The notes beneath the pieces are model-generated. The model saw nothing but the letters and a program-made list of their open reading frames with translations, was not told where the DNA came from and did no database searches. This document shows positions 38,096-46,558 of a DNA stretch of 64,000 bases, piece after piece. Location of the stretch: contig NZ_DATCWX010000255.1 of the NCBI RefSeq assembly GCF_036566125.1, positions 2,402 to 66,401 of the forward strand, given 5' to 3'. The DNA is from Intrasporangium sp. (GTDB lineage: Bacteria; Actinomycetota; Actinomycetes; Actinomycetales; Dermatophilaceae). The first letter of the stretch is position 1, and the number at the start of each line of letters is the position of its first letter. The position numbers and the translations under genes are program-made.

Positions 38096-39801
38096 GCAGC
38101 GCGATCGACGGATCTCGCGCCACCCGGTGGACGCAGATCGCCTGGCGGCGCGCCCGCCAGCTCTCACCACGGCGATCGGACTGGACGTCAGCGCGATTCG
38201 GTCGCGACCTCCCGGCGGGGCTCATGGTGGGCCTCGTTGCCCTACCGCTCGCGCTCGGCTTCGGCGTCAGCTCGGGAATGGGGGCGACGGCCGGACTCGT
38301 GACGGCGGTCGTCGCCGGTGCGCTGGCCGCCATCTTCGGTGGTAGCCGCGTCCAGGTGAGCGGCCCGACAGGGGCCATGACCGTCGTGCTCGTGCCGATC
38401 ATCGCGACCCACGGAGCGAGCGGCGTGCTCGTCGTGGGCATCCTCGCCGGGCTGATCCTCATCGGCCTCGCGTGGTTCGGCGCGGGCCGCTTCATCCGCT
38501 ACGTCCCCGTCCCGGTGGTGGAGGGCTTCACCTTGGGCATCGCGGCCATCATCGGCCTCCAGCAGGTGCCTGCCGTCCTCGGCCAGCATGCTGAGGGCGA
38601 GAAGGTCCTCGGCGTCGCGTTCGACGCGCTCGGCCAGTGGGCGCAGAACCTCACCTGGGCGCCCGTCGTCATGTCCCTCGGCGTGGCCCTCGGCATCATC
38701 CTCCTGGCACGCTTGCGTCCCGGGGTGCCGTGGGCCCTCGTGGTCGTGGTCCTGGCCACCGTGGCGAACCAAGCCCTGGGCCTCCACCTGGGAGACATCG
38801 GGACCATCCCGGCGGGCCTGCCTGCGCCGGCGTTCCCGATGGTCGACCTCGCAGCCCTCGACGACCTGATCCTGCCCGCGGTGGCGGTCGCGGCCTTGGC
38901 GGCGCTCGAGAGCCTGCTGTCCGCGACCGTGGCCGACGGGATGAGCGTGGGACAGCGGCACGACCCGGACCGGGAGCTCCTGGGTCAGGGCATTGCCAAC
39001 CTGGCGGCACCGCTCTTCGGCGGCATCCCGGCGACCGCGGCCATTGCACGGACCGCTGTCAACGTCCGCTCCGGTGCGGCCTCGCGGCTGGCCTCCGTCA
39101 GCCACGCGGTCGTCCTGCTCATCGTCGTGCTCGTGGCGGCCCGGTGGGTCGGCATGATCCCGGTCGCGGCGCTGGCAGGTGTGCTCATCGCCACCGCCGT
39201 GCAGATGGTCCGCTTCTCGAGCCTCCGTGCCCTGATGCGCTCGACCCGCGGTGACGCCACGGTGCTGGTCGTGACCGCGTTGGCCACGGTGCTCACCGAC
39301 CTCGTCATGGCCGTGCTGGTGGGTCTGATCGTCGCCGGCTTCTTCGCGCTGCGACAAGCGTCCCGCGCCGCTCGCATCGACCAGGTGCCCTTGGACGAGA
39401 CCGACCACAGCGACGAGGAGCGAGCGCTGCTCGACGAGCACATCGTCGCCTACCGCATGGACGGTCCGCTGTTCTTCGCCGCGGCCCACGACTTCCTGCT
39501 GGAGTTGGCCAACGTCAGCGACGTTCGCGTGGTGGTCCTGCGCATGGCCAGGGTCACCGTCATCGACGCGACCGGGGCGACCGTGCTCGCGGACACGATC
39601 TCGCGACTCGAGGACCAAGGCATCACGGTCATGCTCTCGGGCATCCAGCCGCAGCACGAGAAGGTGCTGCGCGAGCTGCGGGTCTACGACGAGCTCGCCC
39701 ATGAGCGGCACCTCTTCACGACGACACCCGAGGCGATCGCCCATGCCCGGGTGCACGCGGCCCGCATCGCGCACGAGCCAGCCGCGCAGACCCACGCCTG
39801 A
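38092..39801 (+). CDS. SulP family inorganic anion transporter with a C-terminal STAS domain
   Basis: ATGA overlap with the arsR-like gene. Polytopic membrane core and a STAS region (VVLRMARVTVIDATGATVLAD). Confidence 0.9.
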   Translation: MSSAIDGSRATRWTQIAWRRARQLSPRRSDWTSARFGRDLPAGLMVGLVALPLALGFGVSSGMGATAGLVTAVVAGALAAIFGGSRVQVSGPTGAMTVVLVPIIATHGASGVLVVGILAGLILIGLAWFGAGRFIRYVPVPVVEGFTLGIAAIIGLQQVPAVLGQHAEGEKVLGVAFDALGQWAQNLTWAPVVMSLGVALGIILLARLRPGVPWALVVVVLATVANQALGLHLGDIGTIPAGLPAPAFPMVDLAALDDLILPAVAVAALAALESLLSATVADGMSVGQRHDPDRELLGQGIANLAAPLFGGIPATAAIARTAVNVRSGAASRLASVSHAVVLLIVVLVAARWVGMIPVAALAGVLIATAVQMVRFSSLRALMRSTRGDATVLVVTALATVLTDLVMAVLVGLIVAGFFALRQASRAARIDQVPLDETDHSDEERALLDEHIVAYRMDGPLFFAAAHDFLLELANVSDVRVVVLRMARVTVIDATGATVLADTISRLEDQGITVMLSGIQPQHEKVLRELRVYDELAHERHLFTTTPEAIAHARVHAARIAHEPAAQTHA

Positions 39802-39815
39802 CCCATCCCATACCA

Positions 39816-39856
39816 ATCGAGTGAACAGCTTTTGTCCCAAAAGCTGTTCACTCGAT
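39816..39856 (+). repeat. GATCGAGTGA-type palindromic element, copy R4 (perfect; likely terminator of sulP)
   Basis: 18-bp perfect stem ATCGAGTGAACAGCTTTT / AAAAGCTGTTCACTCGAT with loop GTCCC, 15 nt after the stop. Confidence 0.75.
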
Positions 39857-39913
39857 CGTTGGACGGGGGAAGGGCGTGCGAGCGCAAGGAAAGCGGCCTG
39901 TAGGAGCGAGCTC

Positions 39914-39923
39914 AGCGGCATAC
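39914..39923 (+). repeat. CAGCGGCATAC dispersed repeat copy
   Basis: ggagcgagctcAGCGGCATACagc. Ends 7 nt before the dapF ATG. Confidence 0.85.
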
Positions 39924-39929
39924 AGCACA

Positions 39930-40790
39930 ATGACGGTCATGACGCGGTTCACGAAGGGGCACGGCACCGAGAACGACTTCGTCCTCGTGCCTGACCCCGA
40001 CGGCACGCTCGAGCTGACGCCCGCGCAGGTGCAGCGCTTGGCGGACCGAAGGGCCGGGATCGGCGGGGACGGCGTCATCCGCATCATGCCGACGCGCCAC
40101 GCCACCGAGGACCTCGTCCGGGCGCAGGCCGGCGAGGCCGAGTGGTTCATGGACTACCGCAACGCCGACGGCTCGTTGGCGGAGATGTGCGGCAACGGCA
40201 CCCGCGTCTTCGCGTCCTACCTGGTGCGGGAAGGGCTGGCGAAGGGCGAGCGGTTCGACATCGCGACCCGGGCAGGCGTCAAGCACGTCCGCGTGGTGCC
40301 TGAGGGCTTCGCGGTGGACCTGGGTCCGTGGCGGTACGGCGACGAGCAGGGAGCCCGTCGCGACGGCTTCGACATCATGGTGCGACCGCGGCACGGCAAG
40401 CCGGTGCCGGCGCTCACCCTCGATCTCGGGAACCCGCATGCCGTCGTCATGCTGCCCGAGGGCATCGAGCTGGAGAACCTCGATCTCACGACGCCACCGG
40501 AGGTCCAGCCCGACCAGCCCGCCGGGATCAACGTCGAGTTCGTCAAGGCGGTCGGCCCGTCGCACATCGCGATGCGCGTGCATGAACGTGGGGTGGGCGA
40601 GACCAGGTCCTGTGGCACGGGTGCGGCCGCTGCCGCGCTCGCGACCCGGTTCTGGTCCGGTGAGGAGGACCTCAAGCCGTGGCGGGTCGACGTGCCGGGT
40701 GGCACGCTCACCGTCACACCGCTCCCGGGCAACCGGGTGGAGCTCGCTGGGCCGGCGTTGCTGGTCGCTGACGGCGAGTTCGCCCTGTAG
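39930..40790 (+). CDS. dapF: diaminopimelate epimerase
   Basis: FTKGHGTENDFVLVPD, two active-site Cys contexts (MCGNGTRVF and SCGTGAAAAA). An alternative ATG lies at 39939. Confidence 0.9.
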   Translation: MTVMTRFTKGHGTENDFVLVPDPDGTLELTPAQVQRLADRRAGIGGDGVIRIMPTRHATEDLVRAQAGEAEWFMDYRNADGSLAEMCGNGTRVFASYLVREGLAKGERFDIATRAGVKHVRVVPEGFAVDLGPWRYGDEQGARRDGFDIMVRPRHGKPVPALTLDLGNPHAVVMLPEGIELENLDLTTPPEVQPDQPAGINVEFVKAVGPSHIAMRVHERGVGETRSCGTGAAAAALATRFWSGEEDLKPWRVDVPGGTLTVTPLPGNRVELAGPALLVADGEFAL

Positions 40791-40832
40791 ACCCGGCGAC
40801 CGGTTCCCGGCCGGTTCTGTGATCATGAGCGC

Positions 40833-42056
40833 ATGAGCTACGACGTCGCAGCCGTCCGATCGCACTTCCCCGCGTTGCGCGAGGGAGCCGCCCACTTCGA
40901 TGGTCCGGGCGGTAGCCAGACGCCCGACCTGGTGGCCAAGGCGGTCCACGACACGATGGTGTCCGCCGTTGCCAATCGGGGCACGGTGACCCCGGCTGAG
41001 CGACGCGCGGAACAGATCGTCACCGACTGCCGAGCGGCTCTCGGCGACCTGCTCGCCAGCGACCCAGGGGGAGTCATCCTCGGGCGCAGCGCGACGGCCC
41101 TGACCTACGACCTGTCGCGCGCCCTGGCGAAGACGTGGCGCCCGGGGGACGAGGTCGTCGTGACGCGGCTCGACCACGACTCCAACATCCGGCCCTGGGT
41201 GCAGGCTGCCGCAGCGGTCGGGGCGACGGTGCGCTGGGTCGACTTCGACCCCACGACGAGTGAGCTGTCCGTCGACGCCGTCGCGGCCCAGCTCTCCGAC
41301 CGGACCCGCCTCGTCGCGACGACCGGCGCCTCCAACCTCATCGGCACGAGGCCGCCCGTCGCCGAGATCGCCGAGGTCGTCCACGATGCCGGTGCCCTCT
41401 ACTGGGTCGACGGTGTCCACGCCACGGCGCACGTGCTCGTCGACCGCCCGGCCCTCGGCGCCGACTTCTGGTCGTGCTCGCCATACAAGTTCCTCGGACC
41501 GCATTGCGGTGTCGTGTCGGCCGACCCCGCTCTGCTCGCGACGCTGGAGATGGACAAGCTGCTGCCGTCCTCCGACGACGTCCCCGAGCGGTTCGAGCTG
41601 GGAACGCTGCCCTACGAGCTCATGGCCGGCACAACGGCGGCGGTCGAGTTCCTCGCTGGCCTCGCGACGGCCGACTGGGCTGACGAGCGGGCTGACCGGT
41701 CCGACCGGCGGGGGCGCCTCGTCGCGAGCCTGCGCGCGCTCGAGGAGCACGAGGACCGGCTCGCTGAGCGACTCGAGACTGCTGTCCGGGCGATGCCCGG
41801 TGTCCGCGTCCACAGCAACGCCGCGGTGCGCACGCCCACGCTGCTGTTCACCGTCGACGGGAAGGATCCCCAAGAGGTGCGGAGCGCCTTGGCGGACAAG
41901 GGCATCAACGCCCCGGCGAGCAACTTCTACGCCATCGAGTGCTCACGCGCCCTCGGTCTCGGCGACGGCGGCGGAGTGCGGACCGGGCTCGCCCCGTACA
42001 CCGACGACGAGGACGTCGATCGGCTCATCGAGGCCCTCGAGGCGATCACTGGGTAG
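40833..42056 (+). CDS. cysteine desulfurase-like class V aminotransferase
   Basis: FDGPGGSQTP and CSPYKFLGPHCGV (PLP-Lys region). 407 aa. Confidence 0.75.
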   Translation: MSYDVAAVRSHFPALREGAAHFDGPGGSQTPDLVAKAVHDTMVSAVANRGTVTPAERRAEQIVTDCRAALGDLLASDPGGVILGRSATALTYDLSRALAKTWRPGDEVVVTRLDHDSNIRPWVQAAAAVGATVRWVDFDPTTSELSVDAVAAQLSDRTRLVATTGASNLIGTRPPVAEIAEVVHDAGALYWVDGVHATAHVLVDRPALGADFWSCSPYKFLGPHCGVVSADPALLATLEMDKLLPSSDDVPERFELGTLPYELMAGTTAAVEFLAGLATADWADERADRSDRRGRLVASLRALEEHEDRLAERLETAVRAMPGVRVHSNAAVRTPTLLFTVDGKDPQEVRSALADKGINAPASNFYAIECSRALGLGDGGGVRTGLAPYTDDEDVDRLIEALEAITG

Positions 42057-42102
42057 CGCCGGGTAATGCTGGATAGCGCTGGCTCGAGTCTCGAGGGCCG
42101 GC

Positions 42103-42714
42103 TCAGGTGCGCCGGACCTCGAGGATCCGGAAGGCCTTCGACGAGGAGACCCGCGTGCAGGCCAGTCCCCAGTCCTGCGCGTTGATCCACTTCTGCAGGG
42201 AGTCCGAGCCGAGGTGCTTCTGGACGACGAGGTGTGCCACGCCGTCATCGGCCAGTCGTGGCAGCCACCGCTGGAGCAGGGCGTGCAGGGCAGCCTTGCC
42301 GACGTGGATCGGGGGGTTGGACCAGATCGTCTCGAAACGGACATCGGCCGGCACCTCGTCCGGCTCGCAGAAGGTGACGTTGCTGACTCCCGCCACGTCG
42401 GCGTTGTGAGCCGCCAGCTGCAGGGCCCGGCGGTTCACGTCGACTCCCCAGACCTGGGCACCGGGAGAACGCAGCGCGAGGGTGATCGCGATCGGACCCC
42501 AGCCGCACCCGAGGTCGAGCAGGTGGCCGGTCGGGCTGGGGTCGGGAGCCCCCGAGAGAAGGACCGCCGTGCCCGGGTCCAGCCGACCGGGGGAGTAGAC
42601 GCCGCGGGCGGTCGTCAGGGTGAGGTCGCGACCGTCTAGCCGGACCCGGATCTGCTGCCGCTCCTCGGGTGAGGCCGGATCGGCGCTGAAGTAGTGATCT
42701 GGGCGCTCGCTCAT
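42103..42714 (-). CDS. class I SAM-dependent methyltransferase (RsmC/RlmG-like small form)
   Basis: Start at MSERPDHYF. SAM motif LLDLGCGWGPI and catalytic NPPIH. The longer 42103-43134 ORF runs antisense into hflX. Confidence 0.85.
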   Translation of the reverse strand: MSERPDHYFSADPASPEERQQIRVRLDGRDLTLTTARGVYSPGRLDPGTAVLLSGAPDPSPTGHLLDLGCGWGPIAITLALRSPGAQVWGVDVNRRALQLAAHNADVAGVSNVTFCEPDEVPADVRFETIWSNPPIHVGKAALHALLQRWLPRLADDGVAHLVVQKHLGSDSLQKWINAQDWGLACTRVSSSKAFRILEVRRT

Positions 42715-42784
42715 CACCGGCAACCGTACTTCGCCGGGCACGGGCACAAATGTGTCGCCGCCGTCGTTGTGGAAATGGGACCCT

Positions 42785-44272
42785 ATGAGGAACATGACAC
42801 GAAGCCACAGCACCAAGCCATCCACAGCCGAAGACCTGTTTGCGACCCAGGCCGAAGCGCTCGCCGACGAGGGGCTGGAGGCCGACTCAGCGGCATACGG
42901 CCGCTTTGACGGCGACCAGCTGGACCGGGAGGAGCGCGCCGCACTACGGCGCGTCGCAGGACTGTCCACCGAGCTCGAGGACATCACCGAGGTCGAGTAC
43001 CGCCAGCTCCGCCTCGAGCGGGTTGTCCTGGCCGGCGTCTGGACCGAGGGCACGGCCGAGGACGCTGAGAACTCGCTCCGCGAGCTCGCCGCCCTCGCCG
43101 AGACTGCCGGGTCCACGGTCCTGGCCGGCGTCATCCAGCGCCGCCAGCGGCCCGACCCCGCGACCTACCTCGGCAAGGGCAAGGCGATCGAGCTGCGCGA
43201 CATCGTCATCGCGGAGGGTGCGGACACCGTGATCGCCGACGGCGAGCTCGCCCCCAGCCAGCGGCGCGCCCTCGAGGACGTCGTCAAGATCAAGGTCATC
43301 GACCGGACGGCCCTGATCCTCGACATCTTCGCCCAGCACGCGAAGAGCAGGGAAGGCAAGGCCCAGGTCGAGCTCGCGCAGCTCCAGTACCTCCTCCCGC
43401 GCCTGCGTGGTTGGGGTGAGTCGATGTCCCGGCAGGCCGGTGGCCGCGTCGCCGGTGGTGAGGGCATCGGCTCGCGAGGCCCGGGTGAGACGAAGATCGA
43501 GCTCGACCGTCGCCGCATCAACACGAAGATCGCCAAGCTGCGTCGCGACATCAAGGGCATGAAGACGACGCGCGACACGAAGCGCCAGGGCCGCCGCGAG
43601 GGCGGCATCCCGAGCGTCGCGATCGCCGGCTACACCAACGCCGGCAAGAGCTCGCTGCTCAACCGCCTCACCGGCGCGGGCGTGCTCGTGCAGAACCAGC
43701 TCTTCGCCACCCTCGACCCGACAGTCCGCCGCGCCGAGACCCAGGACGGGCGGGTCTACACGCTCGTCGACACCGTCGGTTTCGTGCGCAGCCTGCCGCA
43801 CCAGCTCGTCGAGGCGTTCCGCTCGACCCTCGAGGAGGTCGGCGACGCGGACCTGCTCCTCCACGTCGTCGACGGCTCGCACCCCGATCCCGAGGGCCAG
43901 ATCTCCGCGGTACGTGAGGTGCTCGCCGACGTCGGTGGCGACGACATCAAGGAGATCATCGTCATCAACAAGGCGGACATCGCGGATCCCGCGGTCCTTA
44001 CCCGGTTGCGCCGCCACGAGAAGCACTCGATCGCCGTGTCCGCCCGCACCGGCGAGGGGATCGCCGAGCTGCGCGAGCTCATCGCACGCGAGCTGCCGAA
44101 GCCGGACATCGAGGTCGAGGCGCTCGTGCCCTACGACCGTGGCGACCTGCTCTCCAAGATCCACGAGGAGGGCGAGATCCTCGAGAGCGAGCACGTCGAG
44201 GACGGCACGCGGGTGCGCGCCCGGGTGACGCCGTCCGTCGAGGCGGACTTGTCTGACTTCGTCGTCGCCTGA
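42785..44272 (+). CDS. hflX: GTPase HflX
   Basis: HflX N-domain LILDIFAQHAKSREGKAQVELAQLQY. G1 GYTNAGKSSL, DTVGF and NKAD. The start is uncertain (42752, 42785 or 42794). Confidence 0.9.
   Translation: MRNMTRSHSTKPSTAEDLFATQAEALADEGLEADSAAYGRFDGDQLDREERAALRRVAGLSTELEDITEVEYRQLRLERVVLAGVWTEGTAEDAENSLRELAALAETAGSTVLAGVIQRRQRPDPATYLGKGKAIELRDIVIAEGADTVIADGELAPSQRRALEDVVKIKVIDRTALILDIFAQHAKSREGKAQVELAQLQYLLPRLRGWGESMSRQAGGRVAGGEGIGSRGPGETKIELDRRRINTKIAKLRRDIKGMKTTRDTKRQGRREGGIPSVAIAGYTNAGKSSLLNRLTGAGVLVQNQLFATLDPTVRRAETQDGRVYTLVDTVGFVRSLPHQLVEAFRSTLEEVGDADLLLHVVDGSHPDPEGQISAVREVLADVGGDDIKEIIVINKADIADPAVLTRLRRHEKHSIAVSARTGEGIAELRELIARELPKPDIEVEALVPYDRGDLLSKIHEEGEILESEHVEDGTRVRARVTPSVEADLSDFVVA
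42889..42898 (+). repeat. CAGCGGCATAC dispersed repeat copy
   Basis: gaggccgactcAGCGGCATACggcc. Inside the HflX N-terminal extension, read as D-S-A-A-Y-G. Confidence 0.8.
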
Positions 44273-44290
44273 GCCACCCACCAAGGGGTC

Positions 44291-44320
44291 GTATGCCGCT
44301 GAGCCGGCTCAGCGGCATAC
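44291..44320. repeat. perfect 30-nt palindrome made of two inverted CAGCGGCATAC-repeat copies (candidate terminator)
   Basis: GTATGCCGCTGAGCC|GGCTCAGCGGCATAC, 19 nt after the hflX stop. Confidence 0.9.
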
Positions 44321-44401
44321 CGCTACGTGGGGCGCCTCCCGCACTTTGACCCTGGCTGGCCCCTCACTGTCGTTGTCGGTCCCGTCGGAGAGGATGCACG
44401 G

Positions 44402-45499
44402 ATGGCCTTGGACATGACACGCCCATCAGTCGTCGACGCAGCGACCACGTGGATCAACACCCCGCGCCTCGGGCTGAGGCGGCCGGTCGAGGAGGACCTG
44501 GCGGACTACGTGCGGCTGCACACCGACCCGCGCACCTACGTGCACAAGCCAGCCGCCATGGCGACGGTGCAGCAGTGCGGGGAGCATTTCGCCGCATCCC
44601 TCGAGCGATGGCGGGCCGAAGGGATCGACTACGCGCCGGCCCAGGAGCTGGCCACCGGGGAGGTCATCGGATGGGCCGGGTTGCGCGTGATCCGCGACCG
44701 TGGCGAGCCGCACCTCAACCTGTACTACCGGTTGGAGTTCGCGGCACTGGGACGGGGGCTCGGCCGCGAGCTCGCGCGCGGGGTCGTGAACTGGGCGGCC
44801 GAGCACCGGCCCGACCTACCGGTCCGCGCGGCGATCGCCCCGGTCAACGGCGCGTCGCTCGCGACCGCCCTCGCTGCCGGTCTCGTCGAGGTGGGCCGAG
44901 AGGTCCACCCGCACTTCCCCGAGGACGAGCCGGACATCATCCTCAGACTGCCGGACGTCGGGGTGGTCGACCTCGACCGCACTGAGGTGGACGAGTTCGT
45001 CGACCTGTGGTGCCGGGTCAACGACGCTGGGGGAGCGGTGGGCTTCCTCCCCGGGGCGCCCGTCGCGCGGGTCCGCGCGGCGTTCGAGAAGCATGCCGAG
45101 CTCGTGCGTGCGGGGAAGTCGCTGCTCATCGGGCTGCGCAAGCCGGACGGCACGCTGTGCGGCTTCGGCTTCTGGGAGTACACCCGAGAGCCGGGCTTCG
45201 CCCACGTCGCCTGGCTCAAGCGGCTCATGATCGACCCAACAGCCCAGCGTCGGAACTGGGGCGCCCTGCTCCTCGCCGGAATGGTCGGGATCGCTCGGCG
45301 GGCCCTCCCCGACGTCAACCTCCTGATCCTCGACTATCGCAGCGGCCTCGGGCTCGGTGACTTCTACGAGCGGGCCGGATGGGTCGAGGTCGGTCGGATC
45401 CCCGGCGCCATCTGGCTCGAGGGCGACGAGTACCGCGACGACGTCTTCATGGCGCGCCGGATCGATGGCGCGCCCCTCGTCACGGACGGCCGACCCTGA
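44402..45499 (+). CDS. tandem GNAT-domain N-acetyltransferase
   Basis: Two acetyltransferase-like halves (RLEFAALGRGLGRELARG and MIDPTAQRRNWGALLL). The start is uncertain; the ORF opens at 44327. Confidence 0.65.
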   Translation: MALDMTRPSVVDAATTWINTPRLGLRRPVEEDLADYVRLHTDPRTYVHKPAAMATVQQCGEHFAASLERWRAEGIDYAPAQELATGEVIGWAGLRVIRDRGEPHLNLYYRLEFAALGRGLGRELARGVVNWAAEHRPDLPVRAAIAPVNGASLATALAAGLVEVGREVHPHFPEDEPDIILRLPDVGVVDLDRTEVDEFVDLWCRVNDAGGAVGFLPGAPVARVRAAFEKHAELVRAGKSLLIGLRKPDGTLCGFGFWEYTREPGFAHVAWLKRLMIDPTAQRRNWGALLLAGMVGIARRALPDVNLLILDYRSGLGLGDFYERAGWVEVGRIPGAIWLEGDEYRDDVFMARRIDGAPLVTDGRP

Positions 45500-45520
45500 C
45501 CTGGTTCCGTCGGCTGGCTG

Positions 45521-46489
45521 TCACGCGCTCGCGCCCGCGGCTCCGTCGAGTGCGTGGAGGATCCACAGCATCGTCTGGTTGTACGGCACTGGGATGCCGT
45601 GCTGGCGTCCGAGGGAGACGACGCGACCGGCGAAGATGTCGACCTCAGTCGGGCGACCCGCGAGCACGTCCTGATGCATGGAGGTCATGCCGTCAGACGG
45701 CTGCCCGGAGAGGACGGCGTGCCAGCGCGACACGTCCGCTTCGGTGAGCTCCACCCCCTCGGCCGCGGCCACCGCGCGCACCTCTTCGATGAGAGCCGTC
45801 ATGAGATCGCGTGCAGGACCGGGCCGCGCGAAGGCGCCGTAGGGTGCCCGCAGCACCGCAGACGGCTGGTTGATCCCGACGTTGACCATGAACTTCCACC
45901 ACAGCTCGTGGGGCATGTCGTCCGGGGCGGACCACTCGAGCCCGGCTCGGGTGAGTGCGTCCCGGACTGACTCGAGTCGGCAGTCAGGTCCGGCCTCGTC
46001 GCTCGCCATGAGGTGCCGGTGCCCGAAGACGAGGCGCCCGGCCTGGGTGTAGCGGACCTCGTTGCCCTCGCGCTCGGCATCCATCGCCAACGCGATGCAC
46101 AAGGGCACCTGCTCATCGGCCACTTCCATCGCTGGACGCACTCCTGTCGGGCCGGGCTGGCGGAGGCCGCGCAGGATGGTCTCCTCGCTGTCGAGACCGT
46201 TGAGGACGGACAGCACCGTCGTGTCCCTCGAGACGAGGGATCGGACCAGCTCGACGGCATCCGGCAGCTGGCGGTGCTTGACGGCGACGATGACGAGGCC
46301 AACGGGCGCACTCGCCTCCCACTGGGCGTCGAGGGGATCGACCACCTCGGCGTCCAGGGTGTGGCCGTTGACGCGGATCGGTTGGCCGCGCAACCGGGCT
46401 GGGCGGTGACCGTGCGCCACGAGGAGAGTGCGGAAGCCCGCCCTGCTGAAGTGGTCCGCGTACATCGCGCCCATGGCCCCGGCTCCCAC
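45521..46489 (-). CDS. panE: 2-dehydropantoate 2-reductase (ketopantoate reductase family)
   Basis: GAGAMG dinucleotide loop and the ApbA C-terminal domain. The first canonical start (GTG 46489) truncates Rossmann strand beta-1. See findings. Confidence 0.75.
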   Translation of the reverse strand: MGAGAMGAMYADHFSRAGFRTLLVAHGHRPARLRGQPIRVNGHTLDAEVVDPLDAQWEASAPVGLVIVAVKHRQLPDAVELVRSLVSRDTTVLSVLNGLDSEETILRGLRQPGPTGVRPAMEVADEQVPLCIALAMDAEREGNEVRYTQAGRLVFGHRHLMASDEAGPDCRLESVRDALTRAGLEWSAPDDMPHELWWKFMVNVGINQPSAVLRAPYGAFARPGPARDLMTALIEEVRAVAAAEGVELTEADVSRWHAVLSGQPSDGMTSMHQDVLAGRPTEVDIFAGRVVSLGRQHGIPVPYNQTMLWILHALDGAAGASA

Positions 46490-46558
46490 GACAGCGATGG
46501 TTCTGATGGGCGGGTGACTCGCGGGCGATATGGCTCGACTCTACGGAGCCCGTGGCGG

